From an uncultured Phycisphaerales bacterium (lineage in GTDB: Bacteria > Planctomycetota > Phycisphaerae > Sedimentisphaerales > Anaerobacaceae): a stretch of 64,000 nt of DNA. Where the stretch lies: NCBI GenBank assembly GCA_903857265.1, contig CAIODZ010000021.1, positions 78,794 through 142,793 on the forward strand, read 5' to 3'. Within the stretch, counting starts at the first letter, position 1. Each line of letters opens with the position of its first letter. A model generated the notes under the pieces. That model was not told the origin of the DNA. It searched no databases and saw nothing but the letters and a program-made list of their open reading frames with translations. The translations under genes were made by a program, and so were the position numbers. This document shows, one piece after another, positions 1 through 9,523 of this stretch.

Positions 1-293
1 GCGTACCGGAGAAAACTGTCGAGGATTTGTTCGAGCCGGGTGGTTTCCTTGTCGATTACGGCCAATTTCCTGCGTGCCCGCGCCAGACACTGGTCGATAT
101 CACCCGCCGGGCCTGCTTGAAGCTCTTCATCCACAAGCCGAAGATTCACCTTGATGGTGGATAGCGGGTTTTTGATTTCGTGCGCGATAACGCCAATCAG
201 CCGGCCCAATCCCTCGACTTCGCTAAGGGCAGGCCCTTCGGTTTTGGCGCCGCAACGATTAACCGACTCAGATTGTTCGGGTGAATTCTTCAT
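1..293 (-). CDS. sensor histidine kinase, N-terminal fragment (runs off the window)
   Basis: Not in the ORF track. Reverse-strand ATG at 291-293. My translation MKNSPEQSES...GRLIGVIAHEIKNPLSTIKVNLRLVDEE contains a HisKA H-box (AHEIKNPL) and stays open to position 1. Confidence 0.6.
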   Translation of the reverse strand, partial: MKNSPEQSESVNRCGAKTEGPALSEVEGLGRLIGVIAHEIKNPLSTIKVNLRLVDEELQAGPAGDIDQCLARARRKLAVIDKETTRLEQILDSFLRY

Positions 294-415
294 GAAAAGG
301 TAATTTTAACCGTATCTCTGCCGTAATTCAAGCAATGAAAACACGGGCTAACCTGCTGCGAAGGCGAGTAAATGGCCAATATCCGGCACAAAACAGCCCT
401 GGTAGAAATGAAAAC

Positions 416-470
416 GAGGAAGAACGGCTTAATCTCGCTTTCGCCGTCCTTCCTCATATCTTTTCTCTTT
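416..470. terminator. 13-bp stem hairpin flanked by T-rich runs on both strands; probably the terminator of the CE15 gene
   Basis: GAGGAAGAACGGC (416-428) pairs with GCCGTCCTTCCTC (443-455) with one A-C mismatch. It is followed by ATATCTTTTCTCTTT on the plus strand and GTTTTCATTTC on the minus strand. Confidence 0.4.
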
Positions 471-620
471 AAGGAGGAGAGTGATGAATTTCATTTTTCT
501 GATATTTATACGAGGGGTTGTTTCGATGGTTCGCAAAATCTGAAAAAAATATTAAAAAAATTAATCGCTAAAATCGCCGCTAAGAAATAACCGTTTATAT
601 GAACAGGGCGAAAATAAAGG

Positions 621-1826
621 TTATTCTTTAATAATCGTTTTGATTCCGAAGTGGCGGTCGGCAAAGTTAAGAAATTGCTGCCAGTCGTAATCGGTCAGGT
701 TATGAGTGCCTTTGCGAATATGATAGCCAATAGTGATACCAACGGGGGTTTCGAGGGGAGGCATATCTTCCACGCCGAGGCCTTTTTTGCCAAATAACTG
801 ATAGACCGGCTCGGCGTATTTGGCGGAGAGGAACGAACCGCGAGGGTCGCCCCACAGGTCCTGTTCAGCGGTCGCGATATAAACCGGGCGAGGAGCCATC
901 AGGGCAACGAGCATGTGCCAGTCAACAGGCAGGTCGTTTACACGGTCACCGTAATCCTTGAAATTTCCGCAAAACCAGTAAGGGAATTTGATGTTAATTA
1001 TTTTGACGGTCTCGCCGAAGCCGCGACGGACGATGACCGCCCCGCCGCAGCCGGATTCGCCGGAAAAGATGATTGCGAAGCGTTCGTCCTGAGCGCCCGC
1101 CCACATTGCGACTTTGCCAAATCGGGAAAAGCCCGCAACACAGACCTTGTTGGCGTCGATGTCTTTGTCGGTAACAATGTAATCCATAGCCCTGCTCAAA
1201 CCCCATGCCCAGGCGCCGATAGCGCCCCATTCGTCGGGGCCGGGCTGGTTCTGGTCAGGTTTGGCAAAAAATTTGCGAATGCTTTTAGAGTAACCATCTT
1301 TGCTATCCGGCTCAATCTGTGCGGCGTCGAAGGTCGCCAGCCCATAGCCGCGGTCCAGAAGCCACTGTCTTTGGGGAGCCCATTCCACAATGGCTATTAA
1401 TGGAACGGGTTTTTTAGCCGCACTTGCGGGCAAAACGATATTCACGTCCATTTTCGGCCCATCGTCTTTACCCGTGAAATATATTGTTACTGTTTTGGTA
1501 ATGGCGAGGCCATTCATATCGGAGCGGTTTTCCGCTGTGACTTTCCAGGTCATACCAGCCGGCCTGCCAATCATCGTGCGGCCATACACATTGGTTTCGA
1601 ATAATTTGAGGATTTCCGGTCTGCGTTTTTGCTTCCAGGTATCGATGTCATTGACCTTGTCGCCATTGAGCATAACCAGCGGGTCAGGCAGGGTGAATTT
1701 CGGGACGTTTCCCTCGTCGTATAATCCCGGCGGCGTTCCGGGCGGAAGCGACGCCGCAAAAGCAAAATTACAGGATAATACGAGAAGCGAATATACAGCA
1801 ATTTTTATAAGGAACGACAATTTCAT
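621..1826 (-). CDS. secreted carbohydrate esterase family 15-like (glucuronoyl esterase)
   Basis: N-terminal signal peptide (LLVLSCNFAFA). VAGFSRFGKVAMWAGAQDERFAIIFSGESGCGGA matches the CE15 nucleophile motif G-C/F-S-R-x-G-K and the following ESG block. Confidence 0.85.
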   Translation of the reverse strand: MKLSFLIKIAVYSLLVLSCNFAFAASLPPGTPPGLYDEGNVPKFTLPDPLVMLNGDKVNDIDTWKQKRRPEILKLFETNVYGRTMIGRPAGMTWKVTAENRSDMNGLAITKTVTIYFTGKDDGPKMDVNIVLPASAAKKPVPLIAIVEWAPQRQWLLDRGYGLATFDAAQIEPDSKDGYSKSIRKFFAKPDQNQPGPDEWGAIGAWAWGLSRAMDYIVTDKDIDANKVCVAGFSRFGKVAMWAGAQDERFAIIFSGESGCGGAVIVRRGFGETVKIINIKFPYWFCGNFKDYGDRVNDLPVDWHMLVALMAPRPVYIATAEQDLWGDPRGSFLSAKYAEPVYQLFGKKGLGVEDMPPLETPVGITIGYHIRKGTHNLTDYDWQQFLNFADRHFGIKTIIKE

Positions 1827-1990
1827 AATTATATTCCTTTCAGGCCGCTAAAAGTTTGGTTATGTATTCAACAAAGGCGGCTTAATTTATCATTCTACCG
1901 GCCAATGACAGGGCACGGCAACAGGGAAACTTTAAGTAAGAAAACAAAAGTGGCGAAAATGAACAGCCGAGTATAATATATGGGTATTAT

Positions 1991-2076
1991 GGAGCAGTGG
2001 CTGAGCGGCTGAAAGCGACGGTCTTGAAAACCGTTATACCCTTTGGGTATCGGGGGTTCGAATCCCTCCTGCTCCG
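1991..2076 (+). tRNA. tRNA-Ser (anticodon UGA), long variable arm
   Basis: Acceptor GGAGCAG/CTGCTCC, anticodon stem-loop ACGGT-CTTGAAA-ACCGT, variable arm TATACCC..GGGTATC, T-loop GGGGGTTCGAATCCCTC, discriminator G, no encoded CCA. Confidence 0.9.
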
Positions 2077-2169
2077 TTAGGGAAGCTCCTTGTGTAAGAG
2101 GGATGAGAACACCCGCGACGCGAAGCGTCGCAAACGGGGGTTTGACACCCCTTAGGGGAGCCGCGCAAG

Positions 2170-2190
2170 CGAATCCCTCCTGCTCCGTTA
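2170..2190 (+). repeat. 21-bp direct repeat of the tRNA-Ser 3' end (copy 1 at 2059-2079)
   Basis: CGAATCCCTCCTGCTCCGTTA occurs identically at 2059-2079 and 2170-2190. Confidence 0.85.
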
Positions 2191-2628
2191 CCTTTCTGCC
2201 ATATCGTCCTGAAAGCAGAAAAACCGTTGGTAGTCCCAAAGATTGTGGTTAAGGTGTAAAGAAACAGGTCTCCTTGTCGATTTTAATGGTAGGAACAGGC
2301 AAGGAGGCCAAAGAATGGTCAATTTGATTATTCCATCGGTCGGGCAGGGGCATTGTGGAAAGCCAATCAACTGTTGCAGCATATAGAACGTACGTGGGAC
2401 AAGGTGAATAAAGACGGTACTGACAGAACCAACAACGCCACATAACGGCTCATTGGTCTGGATTACAAAATCAGGGCTAAGACGATGCGTGGCTTTAAGA
2501 GTTGGCCAAAAGCCCTTAACCACTATTATCTGTCGGAGTACTTGCGAGGTGAGAATGGCGTCTGCGCTTTGCGAAAAGTAATCTAATAAACCAGGCAATA
2601 TGACCGAACCCCGAAAATTCCCCCACAT
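2188..2628 (-). CDS. hypothetical ORF, no recognisable motif, possibly non-coding or decayed
   Basis: It is the only ORF of at least 60 aa that accounts for most of the roughly 600-bp gap between the tRNA-Ser repeat and the TPR gene (apart from a 64-aa ORF nested inside it). The stretch looks AT-richer to the eye. I recognise no domain. Confidence 0.3.
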   Translation of the reverse strand: MWGNFRGSVILPGLLDYFSQSADAILTSQVLRQIIVVKGFWPTLKATHRLSPDFVIQTNEPLCGVVGSVSTVFIHLVPRTFYMLQQLIGFPQCPCPTDGIIKLTILWPPCLFLPLKSTRRPVSLHLNHNLWDYQRFFCFQDDMAER

Positions 2629-2668
2629 CCTTTGAGACAGTTACGATTTGGCCTGAAGGCGAAAGTTT

Positions 2669-2696
2669 TTGACAGTTTTGGTTAAGGTGGTATAAT
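2669..2696 (+). promoter_or_regulatory. sigma70-type promoter upstream of the TPR-lspA operon
   Basis: Consensus TTGACA (2669-2674), a 16-nt spacer, then consensus TATAAT (2691-2696), about 75 nt upstream of the ATG at 2773. Confidence 0.55.
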
Positions 2697-2772
2697 TTAA
2701 GGGTTTACAGCGTGGTATGACGATATACCCTGATAAGTCATTAGTTTTTCGAAATTATACGGGGAAAACAGG

Positions 2773-3750
2773 ATGTCCAAAAGAAGGGACGTTCAAAGCG
2801 TAATACTGGCAACGATGGTCGGCCTGGCGTTATTGCCGGTCTGGGGCTGCGCAAACCGGCAGCAGGCGGTGGCGTTATACGTTGACGCTGTTGAGCTGCG
2901 GGAGCTGAACAACAACGATAAGGCAATTGACAAGCTCAACCAGGCGACAAAGGTTGACGGGCGGTTCTCGCTGGCGCAATCGCTATTGGGGGAGATTTAC
3001 GAGCAAAAGCAGGAATATAAGAAGAGCGCGGCGGCGTATGGCGCCGCGACCCGGCTGAACCCGTGGTCATTCAGGGATTATTTCAGTTTGGGGCGGGTTT
3101 ACCAGACGATGAAAGAATTTACGCTGGCGGTGAAGGCCTATCGCAGGGCGTGCGAGCTTAAGCCCAGCAATTTTGAGGCAAATCTCAAAACCGCCCAGTG
3201 TCTTTACGAGGTAAACGATTACAGCCAGGCGATTGTGTACGGCAAGAGGGCAGAGAAAATAGACGCGAACGCCGAGGAGCTTCACCAGCTTTTAGGCAAT
3301 ATATACGATTCGCAGAAGGATTATGAGCAGGCGGTGCGGTCGTACAAGCGTGCGCTGGAGATGGACAGCAGCAACCCCGGGGTAATGATGTCTCTGGCGG
3401 TAGCGTATCTGCGGACCAAACGAGTTGAGCCGGCAAAGGAATTATTCACGGCGGTGACACAGATACAGCCGGCTAATAGTTCGGCGTATCAGTATATCGG
3501 TTACTGCTATCTGCAGTTGAACGACGTAAACCAGGCAATCGATAATTACAGGCAGGCGATAAAAATCAACAGCTATGACTGGGAGGCGTACCGCGGACTT
3601 GGTGTGGCGTATATGACCAAGGCGAACGCGGAAAACGACGCGGAGCTGAAGGCGCAGGCGGTGGAGCTGTGGCGGCAGTCATTGAGCGTCAAGCCGGACC
3701 AGCCGAGGCGAGACCGGCTTATCAAACTGATAGAGAAATACTCGAAGTAA
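2773..3750 (+). CDS. TPR-repeat lipoprotein
   Basis: Signal peptide with lipobox LLPVWGC, then repeated TPR-like A..Y...L/A..P blocks through the whole protein. Confidence 0.85.
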   Translation: MSKRRDVQSVILATMVGLALLPVWGCANRQQAVALYVDAVELRELNNNDKAIDKLNQATKVDGRFSLAQSLLGEIYEQKQEYKKSAAAYGAATRLNPWSFRDYFSLGRVYQTMKEFTLAVKAYRRACELKPSNFEANLKTAQCLYEVNDYSQAIVYGKRAEKIDANAEELHQLLGNIYDSQKDYEQAVRSYKRALEMDSSNPGVMMSLAVAYLRTKRVEPAKELFTAVTQIQPANSSAYQYIGYCYLQLNDVNQAIDNYRQAIKINSYDWEAYRGLGVAYMTKANAENDAELKAQAVELWRQSLSVKPDQPRRDRLIKLIEKYSK

Positions 3751-4304
3751 TGAACGGGGAACAGAAAACAAATCTTCCGTCTTCCGTCCTCGGTCCTCCG
3801 TTTCCCGGAATCCGTCATATTATCTTCTTGTCAATCTTCGTGGGCGGTCTGGCATTCGACCTCTGGACGAAAAAAGCGGTGTTTGCCTGGCTTGAAAATG
3901 TACAGGGGCAGGGCGTAGCAATAATAAACGGTTTCCTGCGTCTGCAATTGGCGGAGAACCCCGGGGCGGCATTCGGGATAGCAGGCGGACACCGGACTAT
4001 GCTGGTGTCGATATCGGCGGTTGCGCTGGTAATGATTATAGCGATATTTATGTTCGCGCTGAGGGAAGGGAAAATTGTTGTTGTCGCGCTGGCTTTGTTC
4101 GCAGCCGGGATATCGGGGAATCTTTACGACCGGGCGTTCAACGGGGGATTTGTGCGGGATTTTATCGTTGTGTATTGGCGCGAGAGGCACTGGCCTGCGT
4201 TTAACGTGGCGGATTCGATGCTTTGCACGGCTGTGGGCCTATTGATTATATCGAACCTGGTTAGTCAGAAATCTTGTCAAACACCTGCTCATCCACAAAA
4301 ATAG
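3750..4304 (+). CDS. lspA: lipoprotein signal peptidase II
   Basis: NPGAAFGI and FNVADS motifs and 4 TM segments. I prefer the ATG at 3750, which overlaps the upstream TAA as TAATG, over the track start at 3669. Confidence 0.85.
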   Translation: MNGEQKTNLPSSVLGPPFPGIRHIIFLSIFVGGLAFDLWTKKAVFAWLENVQGQGVAIINGFLRLQLAENPGAAFGIAGGHRTMLVSISAVALVMIIAIFMFALREGKIVVVALALFAAGISGNLYDRAFNGGFVRDFIVVYWRERHWPAFNVADSMLCTAVGLLIISNLVSQKSCQTPAHPQK

Positions 4305-4656
4305 GCGCACCGGAGGCGGCACCGAGGGCAATTGCATCGGACGGGCGGGAATCAACCTCGACAACTTTGCCGTTCAAGCTGAGGACTATCCTTGCGTAGA
4401 AGGTGTGGTTGCGGAGGTCGTTGATGATTATTCTTTCGATGCGGGCGCCGAGGGAGGTGATTATGTTGTCGAGCAGGTCGTGGGTCATCGGTCGCGGGGG
4501 CTGAATGCCTTTTAGCCGGCGGTCGATGGCGAAAATCTCGACGATGCCGATGACAATGGGGAAGCTTCGCTGACCATAGCGTTCCTTGAGGACGATTATC
4601 TGCTGGTCGGATGACTCGTTTATTATTATTTTAGAAAGTTCGACTTCTATTTCCAT
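4261..4656 (-). CDS. bifunctional nuclease (BFN/DUF151) family protein
   Basis: RPMTHDLL and DSRPSDAIALG motifs, typical of the DUF151 nuclease fold. Confidence 0.8.
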   Translation of the reverse strand: MEIEVELSKIIINESSDQQIIVLKERYGQRSFPIVIGIVEIFAIDRRLKGIQPPRPMTHDLLDNIITSLGARIERIIINDLRNHTFYARIVLSLNGKVVEVDSRPSDAIALGAASGAPIFVDEQVFDKISD

Positions 4657-4668
4657 CCCGCCCCCCTT

Positions 4669-7605
4669 TTAATCATTCAATTCGGCCAGGTGTTTTTCGA
4701 TGGCCTTTAACTGTTCGGTATATTCAGCGAGTTTTTCTTTTGTCTGAGCAACGACTTCCGGTTTTGCCCTCGCTATGAAGTTTTCGTTGGCAAGTTTGGC
4801 TTCGACGCCTTTTTTCACGCCTTCGATTTGTTCTTTCTGTTTGGTCAGGCGTTTGCGTTCGGCTTCGATATCTATCGCATCGTGGACGTAAATCTGCATT
4901 TGGCCTGATATTGCGGCGGCGGCGTTTTTGGGCTTCGGGGCCGAGTGCGATGCGCTGAATTCTTTGAGATTAGCAATCTGGCAGAGAAGGCCGGCGTCGG
5001 CGTTCAGGATTCCGGAAATATCGTTTGGCGCATTGACGGAGACAACGAGTTTCGAGGAGGGCGGAATGTTGCATTTGCTTCGTATGTCGCGGACGGAGCG
5101 GACAACGGTCTGGATATTGTCGATTTGCTGCTCAATCTGCTCATTTATCAGGGCGTCAATTCGCTTTGGCCAGTCAGCTACGACTAATGCTTTAGCGCCG
5201 TTTAATTCCGCGATTCCTTTAAGGCCTCGAGTAGGGGCAAGTTCGTTTAGTTTCTGGAAGATGCCCTCGGTGATGAACGGCACAAAGGGATGCAACAGCC
5301 GAAGCGTCTGGTCAAGGACAAAGGCGAGAACGTTCTGGGCAATCGGCTTTTGAGCGGAATCGAACATACGCGGCTTTGCCCATTCGAGATACCAGTCGCA
5401 GAAGTCGTTCCAGAAGAATTTGTAAATCGCGTTCAGAGGTTCATTATATTTGAAGGCGTCAAGACCATCGGTAACTTCGGTGATAGTTCGTGCGAGGCGT
5501 GAGAGAATCCATTTGTCGGTTATCGCGAGTTTGGTTTTGTCGAAGAGGGCGGAGTCGGTTCCTTCGAGGTTCATCATCGCGAAACGCGAGGCGTTCCAGA
5601 GCTTGTTGCAGAAGTTTCTGCCAACGTCCAATTTTGGAGAGGTGTTTTCGACCCTGCCATCGGGAAGCGTCATCTGCGCGACGGGCATTCGGATATCCTG
5701 CGTGTCGGTGGTCATACTGGCAAGGGTGAATCGCATCGCGTCTGCGCCGTGGCTGTTGATTGCGACGAGGGGGTCGATGCCGTTGCCCAAGCTTTTGGAC
5801 ATTTTTCGGCCTTCGCCGTCCTGTATCATAGCGTGGATATATACGTCTTTGAAAGGTATGTCGCCTGCGCAGTATTGGCCCATCATCACCATACGCGAGA
5901 CCCAGAGCGTGATGATTTCGCGGGCGGTGCAGAGGACGTCGCCAGGATAGAAGGTTTTCAATAATGGCGACTCCTCCGGCCAGCCGAGGGTGCTGAATGG
6001 CCAAAGAGCCGAAGAAAACCAGGTATCAAGAACATCGCTGTCTCGCACCCAACCCTCTGAAACAATCGCCTGTTCAAGCTCTTCAAAGCCGGGTTTTACG
6101 CAGGCGTAAGTTACAGGCCCCTGCTCGGTTTCCACAACGACGCTGAATGTTCCGTGTTCGCAGCGGTTTTTTTGCCTGCCAGCTTTTGACCAGACGGGAA
6201 TTTGATGTCCCCACCAGAGTTGTCTGCTTATGGGCCAGTCGCGGAGGTTTTCGAGCCAGGCCTGATATGTCTTGGCGTAACGTTCCGGGATGAATTTCAG
6301 TCGGCCATCCAGTAACGGCTTCAAAGCCAAACCCGCTAATGAGTTTACCGGAACATCAGTGCCATCAATCATTCCTTTGCCAAATTTTTTCTCAAGATGG
6401 TCGATTGGTTTTTTGACGGCGATATACCACTGGTCCGAGAGGTACGGCTCAATGGGAACGTGGCTTCGGTAGCTGTGGCCTACTTCGTGGGCGTAGGGTC
6501 TGACTTCTTCGAGAAGGCCTTCTTCGCGGAACCATTCGACGATTGCCTCGCGCGCCTCGAAACGGTCCATACCGATGAGATTTTCGGCATCGGGATTTTT
6601 AATTTGCTCCCAGTCCTTCCAGTCATATTTATCGCTGATTGAGCCATCGGGCGCCATTACATTGATTACTTCGAGCTTATGACGTTGCCCAATCGCCCAG
6701 TCATCGGGGTCGTGAGCGGGGGTAACTTTCAAAAAGCCGGTTGAGAATTTGGCTTTTTCGTCTTCGCTATTGGGATTGGGCAGTACAACGTGCTCATCGG
6801 CAATTATGGGTATGATTCTGCCGACGATTGGCAGCTTGACTTTTTTGCCAACCAGGCATTTCGCTCGCGGGTCGTTGGGGTTCATCGCAACAGCGGTATC
6901 GCCCAGCATTGTTTCCGGACGGGTGGTCGCAACCGTTACATATTCTATGCGTTTGCCTTCCACGACGACCGGCTCGGTGAGAGGGTAACGCAGATACCAG
7001 AAATTACCCTGGATTGTCTCATGCTCGACTTCATCATCGGCCAATACGGTTTGCGTGGCGGGGTCCCAGTTGACGAGACGTTTGCCTCTATATATCAAGC
7101 CATCTTTGAAGAGATTGAAAAACGTAGCCCTGACGGCTTTGGCACAGGTTTCATCCATTGTGAAACGCGTCCGCTGCCAGTCGCAGGAGCAGCCCATTGC
7201 CTTTAGCTGTTCGATGATTCGAATTTCGTATTCATCCTTCCAGGCCTGTACGCGAGCGACAAATACTTCGCGTTTGAAATCGGTGCGTTTTTTGCCTTCT
7301 TCGGCGAGGATTCTTTTTTCGACGACGGTTTGTGTCGCGATGCCCGCGTGGTCTGTGCCTGGCATCCAGAGGGTGTTCAAACCAAGCATCCTGTGATAGC
7401 GGATTAGGATATCCTGAAGGGTGTTATTCAACGCGTGGCCCAGGTGCAGCGCGGCGGTAACATTGGGCGGGGGTATTACAATGGTGTAGGACTTTCGCTT
7501 TGCGCCATCCGGCTCAGCGTGAAAGTAATTACCCGCTGCCCAGATTTGGTCCGCCTGCTGTTCGGTGTTTTTAGGTTCGTAAACCTTGCTCAATTCTTCA
7601 GCCAT
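4669..7605 (-). CDS. valS: valine--tRNA ligase
   Basis: Class I HIGH-type (HLGHALN) and KMSKS motifs, 978 aa, C-terminal coiled coil. Confidence 0.97.
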   Translation of the reverse strand: MAEELSKVYEPKNTEQQADQIWAAGNYFHAEPDGAKRKSYTIVIPPPNVTAALHLGHALNNTLQDILIRYHRMLGLNTLWMPGTDHAGIATQTVVEKRILAEEGKKRTDFKREVFVARVQAWKDEYEIRIIEQLKAMGCSCDWQRTRFTMDETCAKAVRATFFNLFKDGLIYRGKRLVNWDPATQTVLADDEVEHETIQGNFWYLRYPLTEPVVVEGKRIEYVTVATTRPETMLGDTAVAMNPNDPRAKCLVGKKVKLPIVGRIIPIIADEHVVLPNPNSEDEKAKFSTGFLKVTPAHDPDDWAIGQRHKLEVINVMAPDGSISDKYDWKDWEQIKNPDAENLIGMDRFEAREAIVEWFREEGLLEEVRPYAHEVGHSYRSHVPIEPYLSDQWYIAVKKPIDHLEKKFGKGMIDGTDVPVNSLAGLALKPLLDGRLKFIPERYAKTYQAWLENLRDWPISRQLWWGHQIPVWSKAGRQKNRCEHGTFSVVVETEQGPVTYACVKPGFEELEQAIVSEGWVRDSDVLDTWFSSALWPFSTLGWPEESPLLKTFYPGDVLCTAREIITLWVSRMVMMGQYCAGDIPFKDVYIHAMIQDGEGRKMSKSLGNGIDPLVAINSHGADAMRFTLASMTTDTQDIRMPVAQMTLPDGRVENTSPKLDVGRNFCNKLWNASRFAMMNLEGTDSALFDKTKLAITDKWILSRLARTITEVTDGLDAFKYNEPLNAIYKFFWNDFCDWYLEWAKPRMFDSAQKPIAQNVLAFVLDQTLRLLHPFVPFITEGIFQKLNELAPTRGLKGIAELNGAKALVVADWPKRIDALINEQIEQQIDNIQTVVRSVRDIRSKCNIPPSSKLVVSVNAPNDISGILNADAGLLCQIANLKEFSASHSAPKPKNAAAAISGQMQIYVHDAIDIEAERKRLTKQKEQIEGVKKGVEAKLANENFIARAKPEVVAQTKEKLAEYTEQLKAIEKHLAELND

Positions 7606-7627
7606 ATAACGCCCAAAAGATTCCCTG

Positions 7628-7664
7628 AAATAAAAAATTCCGGCAGGCGCTTACCTGCCGGAAT
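7628..7664 (-). terminator. intrinsic terminator downstream of rho
   Basis: Perfect 11-bp stem ATTCCGGCAGG (7637-7647) / CCTGCCGGAAT (7654-7664). On the minus strand it is followed by TTTTTATTT. It lies only about 30 nt upstream of the valS start. Confidence 0.6.
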
Positions 7665-7705
7665 CTAATTTTAATCAAATAACCGCGTAATGTAAAGCAA
7701 AGCCG

Positions 7706-9199
7706 TTAATCGATATTCATAGTCATAAGGAATTCGGCGTTTGTTCTGCACTTTGTCAGCCGGCTCTTGAGTAGCTCGACGGCCTCGACGTGGTTCATTT
7801 CACTAAGCACCCTTCGCAGCCGATACGTAAGCGCAAGCTCTTTTGGAGCGAGCAGGAGCTCTTCTCTTCTGGTCCCGCTTCTGCTGATATCGATAGCGGG
7901 ATAGACGCGACGGTCAACGAGTTTCCTGTCGAGATGCAATTCCATATTGCCGGTGGCCTTGAATTCCTCGAATATGACTTCGTCCATTTTGGAGCCGGTG
8001 TCGATTAGGGCGGTGGCGAAAATGGTGAGTGAGCCGCCTTCCTCGACTTTTCGTGCTGCGCCGAAGAATTTCTTGGGCATCTGCATAGCACTGGCGTCAA
8101 CACCACCTGTGAGAATTTTGCCTGAGTGGGGCATTTCGGAGTTGTAGGCACGTGCAAGACGCGTGATGGAGTCGAGAAGAATGACCACATCGTGGCCATA
8201 TTCGACCATACGCTTGGCTTTTTCGATGACGATTTCGGCGACCTGGCAATGGCGTGCTGCCGGCTCATCGAAGGTAGAGCTGATAACCTCGACATCGGGG
8301 GCGGTTTTGCGTTCCATTTCGGTAACTTCTTCCGGTCGCTCATCAATCAAAAGCACAATCAATTTGATTTGCGGATTATTGGTTGATATGGCATTTGCCA
8401 TTTTCTGGAGCAGGACGGTTTTGCCTGTCCTGGGCGGGGCGACGATGAGTCCCCGCTGGCCTTTGCCGACGGGAGTCACCAGGTCGATTATGCGCATATT
8501 CAGCTCTTCCGGGACTGTCTCCATTATTATTCGTTCCAGCGGATGCAGGGGTGTGAGGTCGCTGAAGACGGTTTTTTCGGCAAGCCGGTCCGGGTCTTCG
8601 AAGTTGATTGCCTCGACGCGGAGGAGGGCGAAGTATTTTTCGGAATCCTTTGGCGGGCGAATCTGGCCTGAGACGGTGTTGCCTGTTCGCAGGCCGAATC
8701 GTCGTATCTGGGAAGGCGAGACGTAAATATCATCGGGGCTTGAGAGGTAGTTGTATTCTGGGTTACGCAGGAAGCCGTAGCCGTCGGGGAGGACTTCGAG
8801 GACGCCCTCGCCATACATAAGGCCGTTCTGGCGGATGCGCTCCTTGAGGATTCGGAAGATAAGCTCCTGTTTCTTGAGGGCGGTATAGTCGGTGATGCCG
8901 TCCTTCTTGGCCATTTCGTGCAGCTCAGAGACGCTGAGCCGCTGGAGGTCCGTCAGGTAAAGCTGTCCTTTCTTTACCCGTTCATATTTCTCGTGAGTCG
9001 ATTCCTCTTCGGTCTTTTTTATCTCTGTCCCGTTGGTCTCATCGACGACCTGAACGGCAACCTGCGGCTCGTTATTGACCACGGGCTGTGCCTGAGGTTC
9101 TACCTGTTCTACCTGTTCGACCTGTTCGGACTTCTCGATGACCTCTGCCTCGTCCTGACCCCGTTTTTTCCTTCTGCCCTTTGGGCTGACCTTACTCAT
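7706..9199 (-). CDS. rho: transcription termination factor Rho with an N-terminal acidic/Q-rich extension
   Basis: Rho N-terminal and RNA-binding domains, Walker A (PPRTGKT), 497 aa. The extra roughly 70 aa N-terminus contains (EQV)x3. Confidence 0.95.
   Translation of the reverse strand: MSKVSPKGRRKKRGQDEAEVIEKSEQVEQVEQVEPQAQPVVNNEPQVAVQVVDETNGTEIKKTEEESTHEKYERVKKGQLYLTDLQRLSVSELHEMAKKDGITDYTALKKQELIFRILKERIRQNGLMYGEGVLEVLPDGYGFLRNPEYNYLSSPDDIYVSPSQIRRFGLRTGNTVSGQIRPPKDSEKYFALLRVEAINFEDPDRLAEKTVFSDLTPLHPLERIIMETVPEELNMRIIDLVTPVGKGQRGLIVAPPRTGKTVLLQKMANAISTNNPQIKLIVLLIDERPEEVTEMERKTAPDVEVISSTFDEPAARHCQVAEIVIEKAKRMVEYGHDVVILLDSITRLARAYNSEMPHSGKILTGGVDASAMQMPKKFFGAARKVEEGGSLTIFATALIDTGSKMDEVIFEEFKATGNMELHLDRKLVDRRVYPAIDISRSGTRREELLLAPKELALTYRLRRVLSEMNHVEAVELLKSRLTKCRTNAEFLMTMNID
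9100..9126 (-). repeat. in-frame 9-bp tandem repeat x3 inside the rho 5' region
   Basis: CTACCTGTT CTACCTGTT CGACCTGTT on the plus strand encodes EQVEQVEQV. Confidence 0.8.
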
Positions 9200-9523
9200 T
9201 ATTAGCTCCTAATCATCTGCCAAAAACCATGTTACAAGCGACGTTATCCCGCTTTAACCATACGGGTTCGTTAATCCTGGATTTATACTGCCTCAATCGT
9301 TCTATCCTGCGTCCCATCAGCACATTTAATCCGGGGAAGCGTTTTGATATTTCACGAATGCCCAGCAGCCAGTTTTTGATCAAGATAGCGATACACAGCT
9401 GACTTTTCAGACCCCAGCACAAAACTTTACTGCGCTGAGTGTGGCTGAATTGGTATTTAAGGCGTTATGTCAGTATCCCCAAACCGGGCTTACGCTTATC
9501 CCAAACATCGCGCTAAACCGCAC

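Noticed and set aside
372-590. 72-aa ORF in the gap between the truncated kinase gene and the CE15 gene.
   Set aside because: It spans a terminator-like hairpin and an A/T-rich tract, ends in a poly-Lys/Ile low-complexity tail, and has no RBS.
2080-2169. Possible second (tandem) tRNA gene between the two copies of the tRNA-Ser 3' end.
   Set aside because: Apart from the shared 3' 21-mer, the segment has no D-arm, no anticodon arm and no proper T-loop (the loop would be about 14 nt). It does not fold as a cloverleaf.
1895-2252. ORFs 1895..2239 (-) and 2043..2252 (+).
   Set aside because: They run straight through tRNA-Ser and its duplicated 3' end, so they are spurious.
3669-3749. Extended lspA start (track start 3669), and similar long N-terminal extensions of the ORFs at 48724, 52887, 42770, 43197 and 56136.
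   Set aside because: The extensions overlap the preceding gene or lack an RBS. Internal ATG codons with Shine-Dalgarno sequences or ATGA/TAATG coupling give proteins of canonical length.
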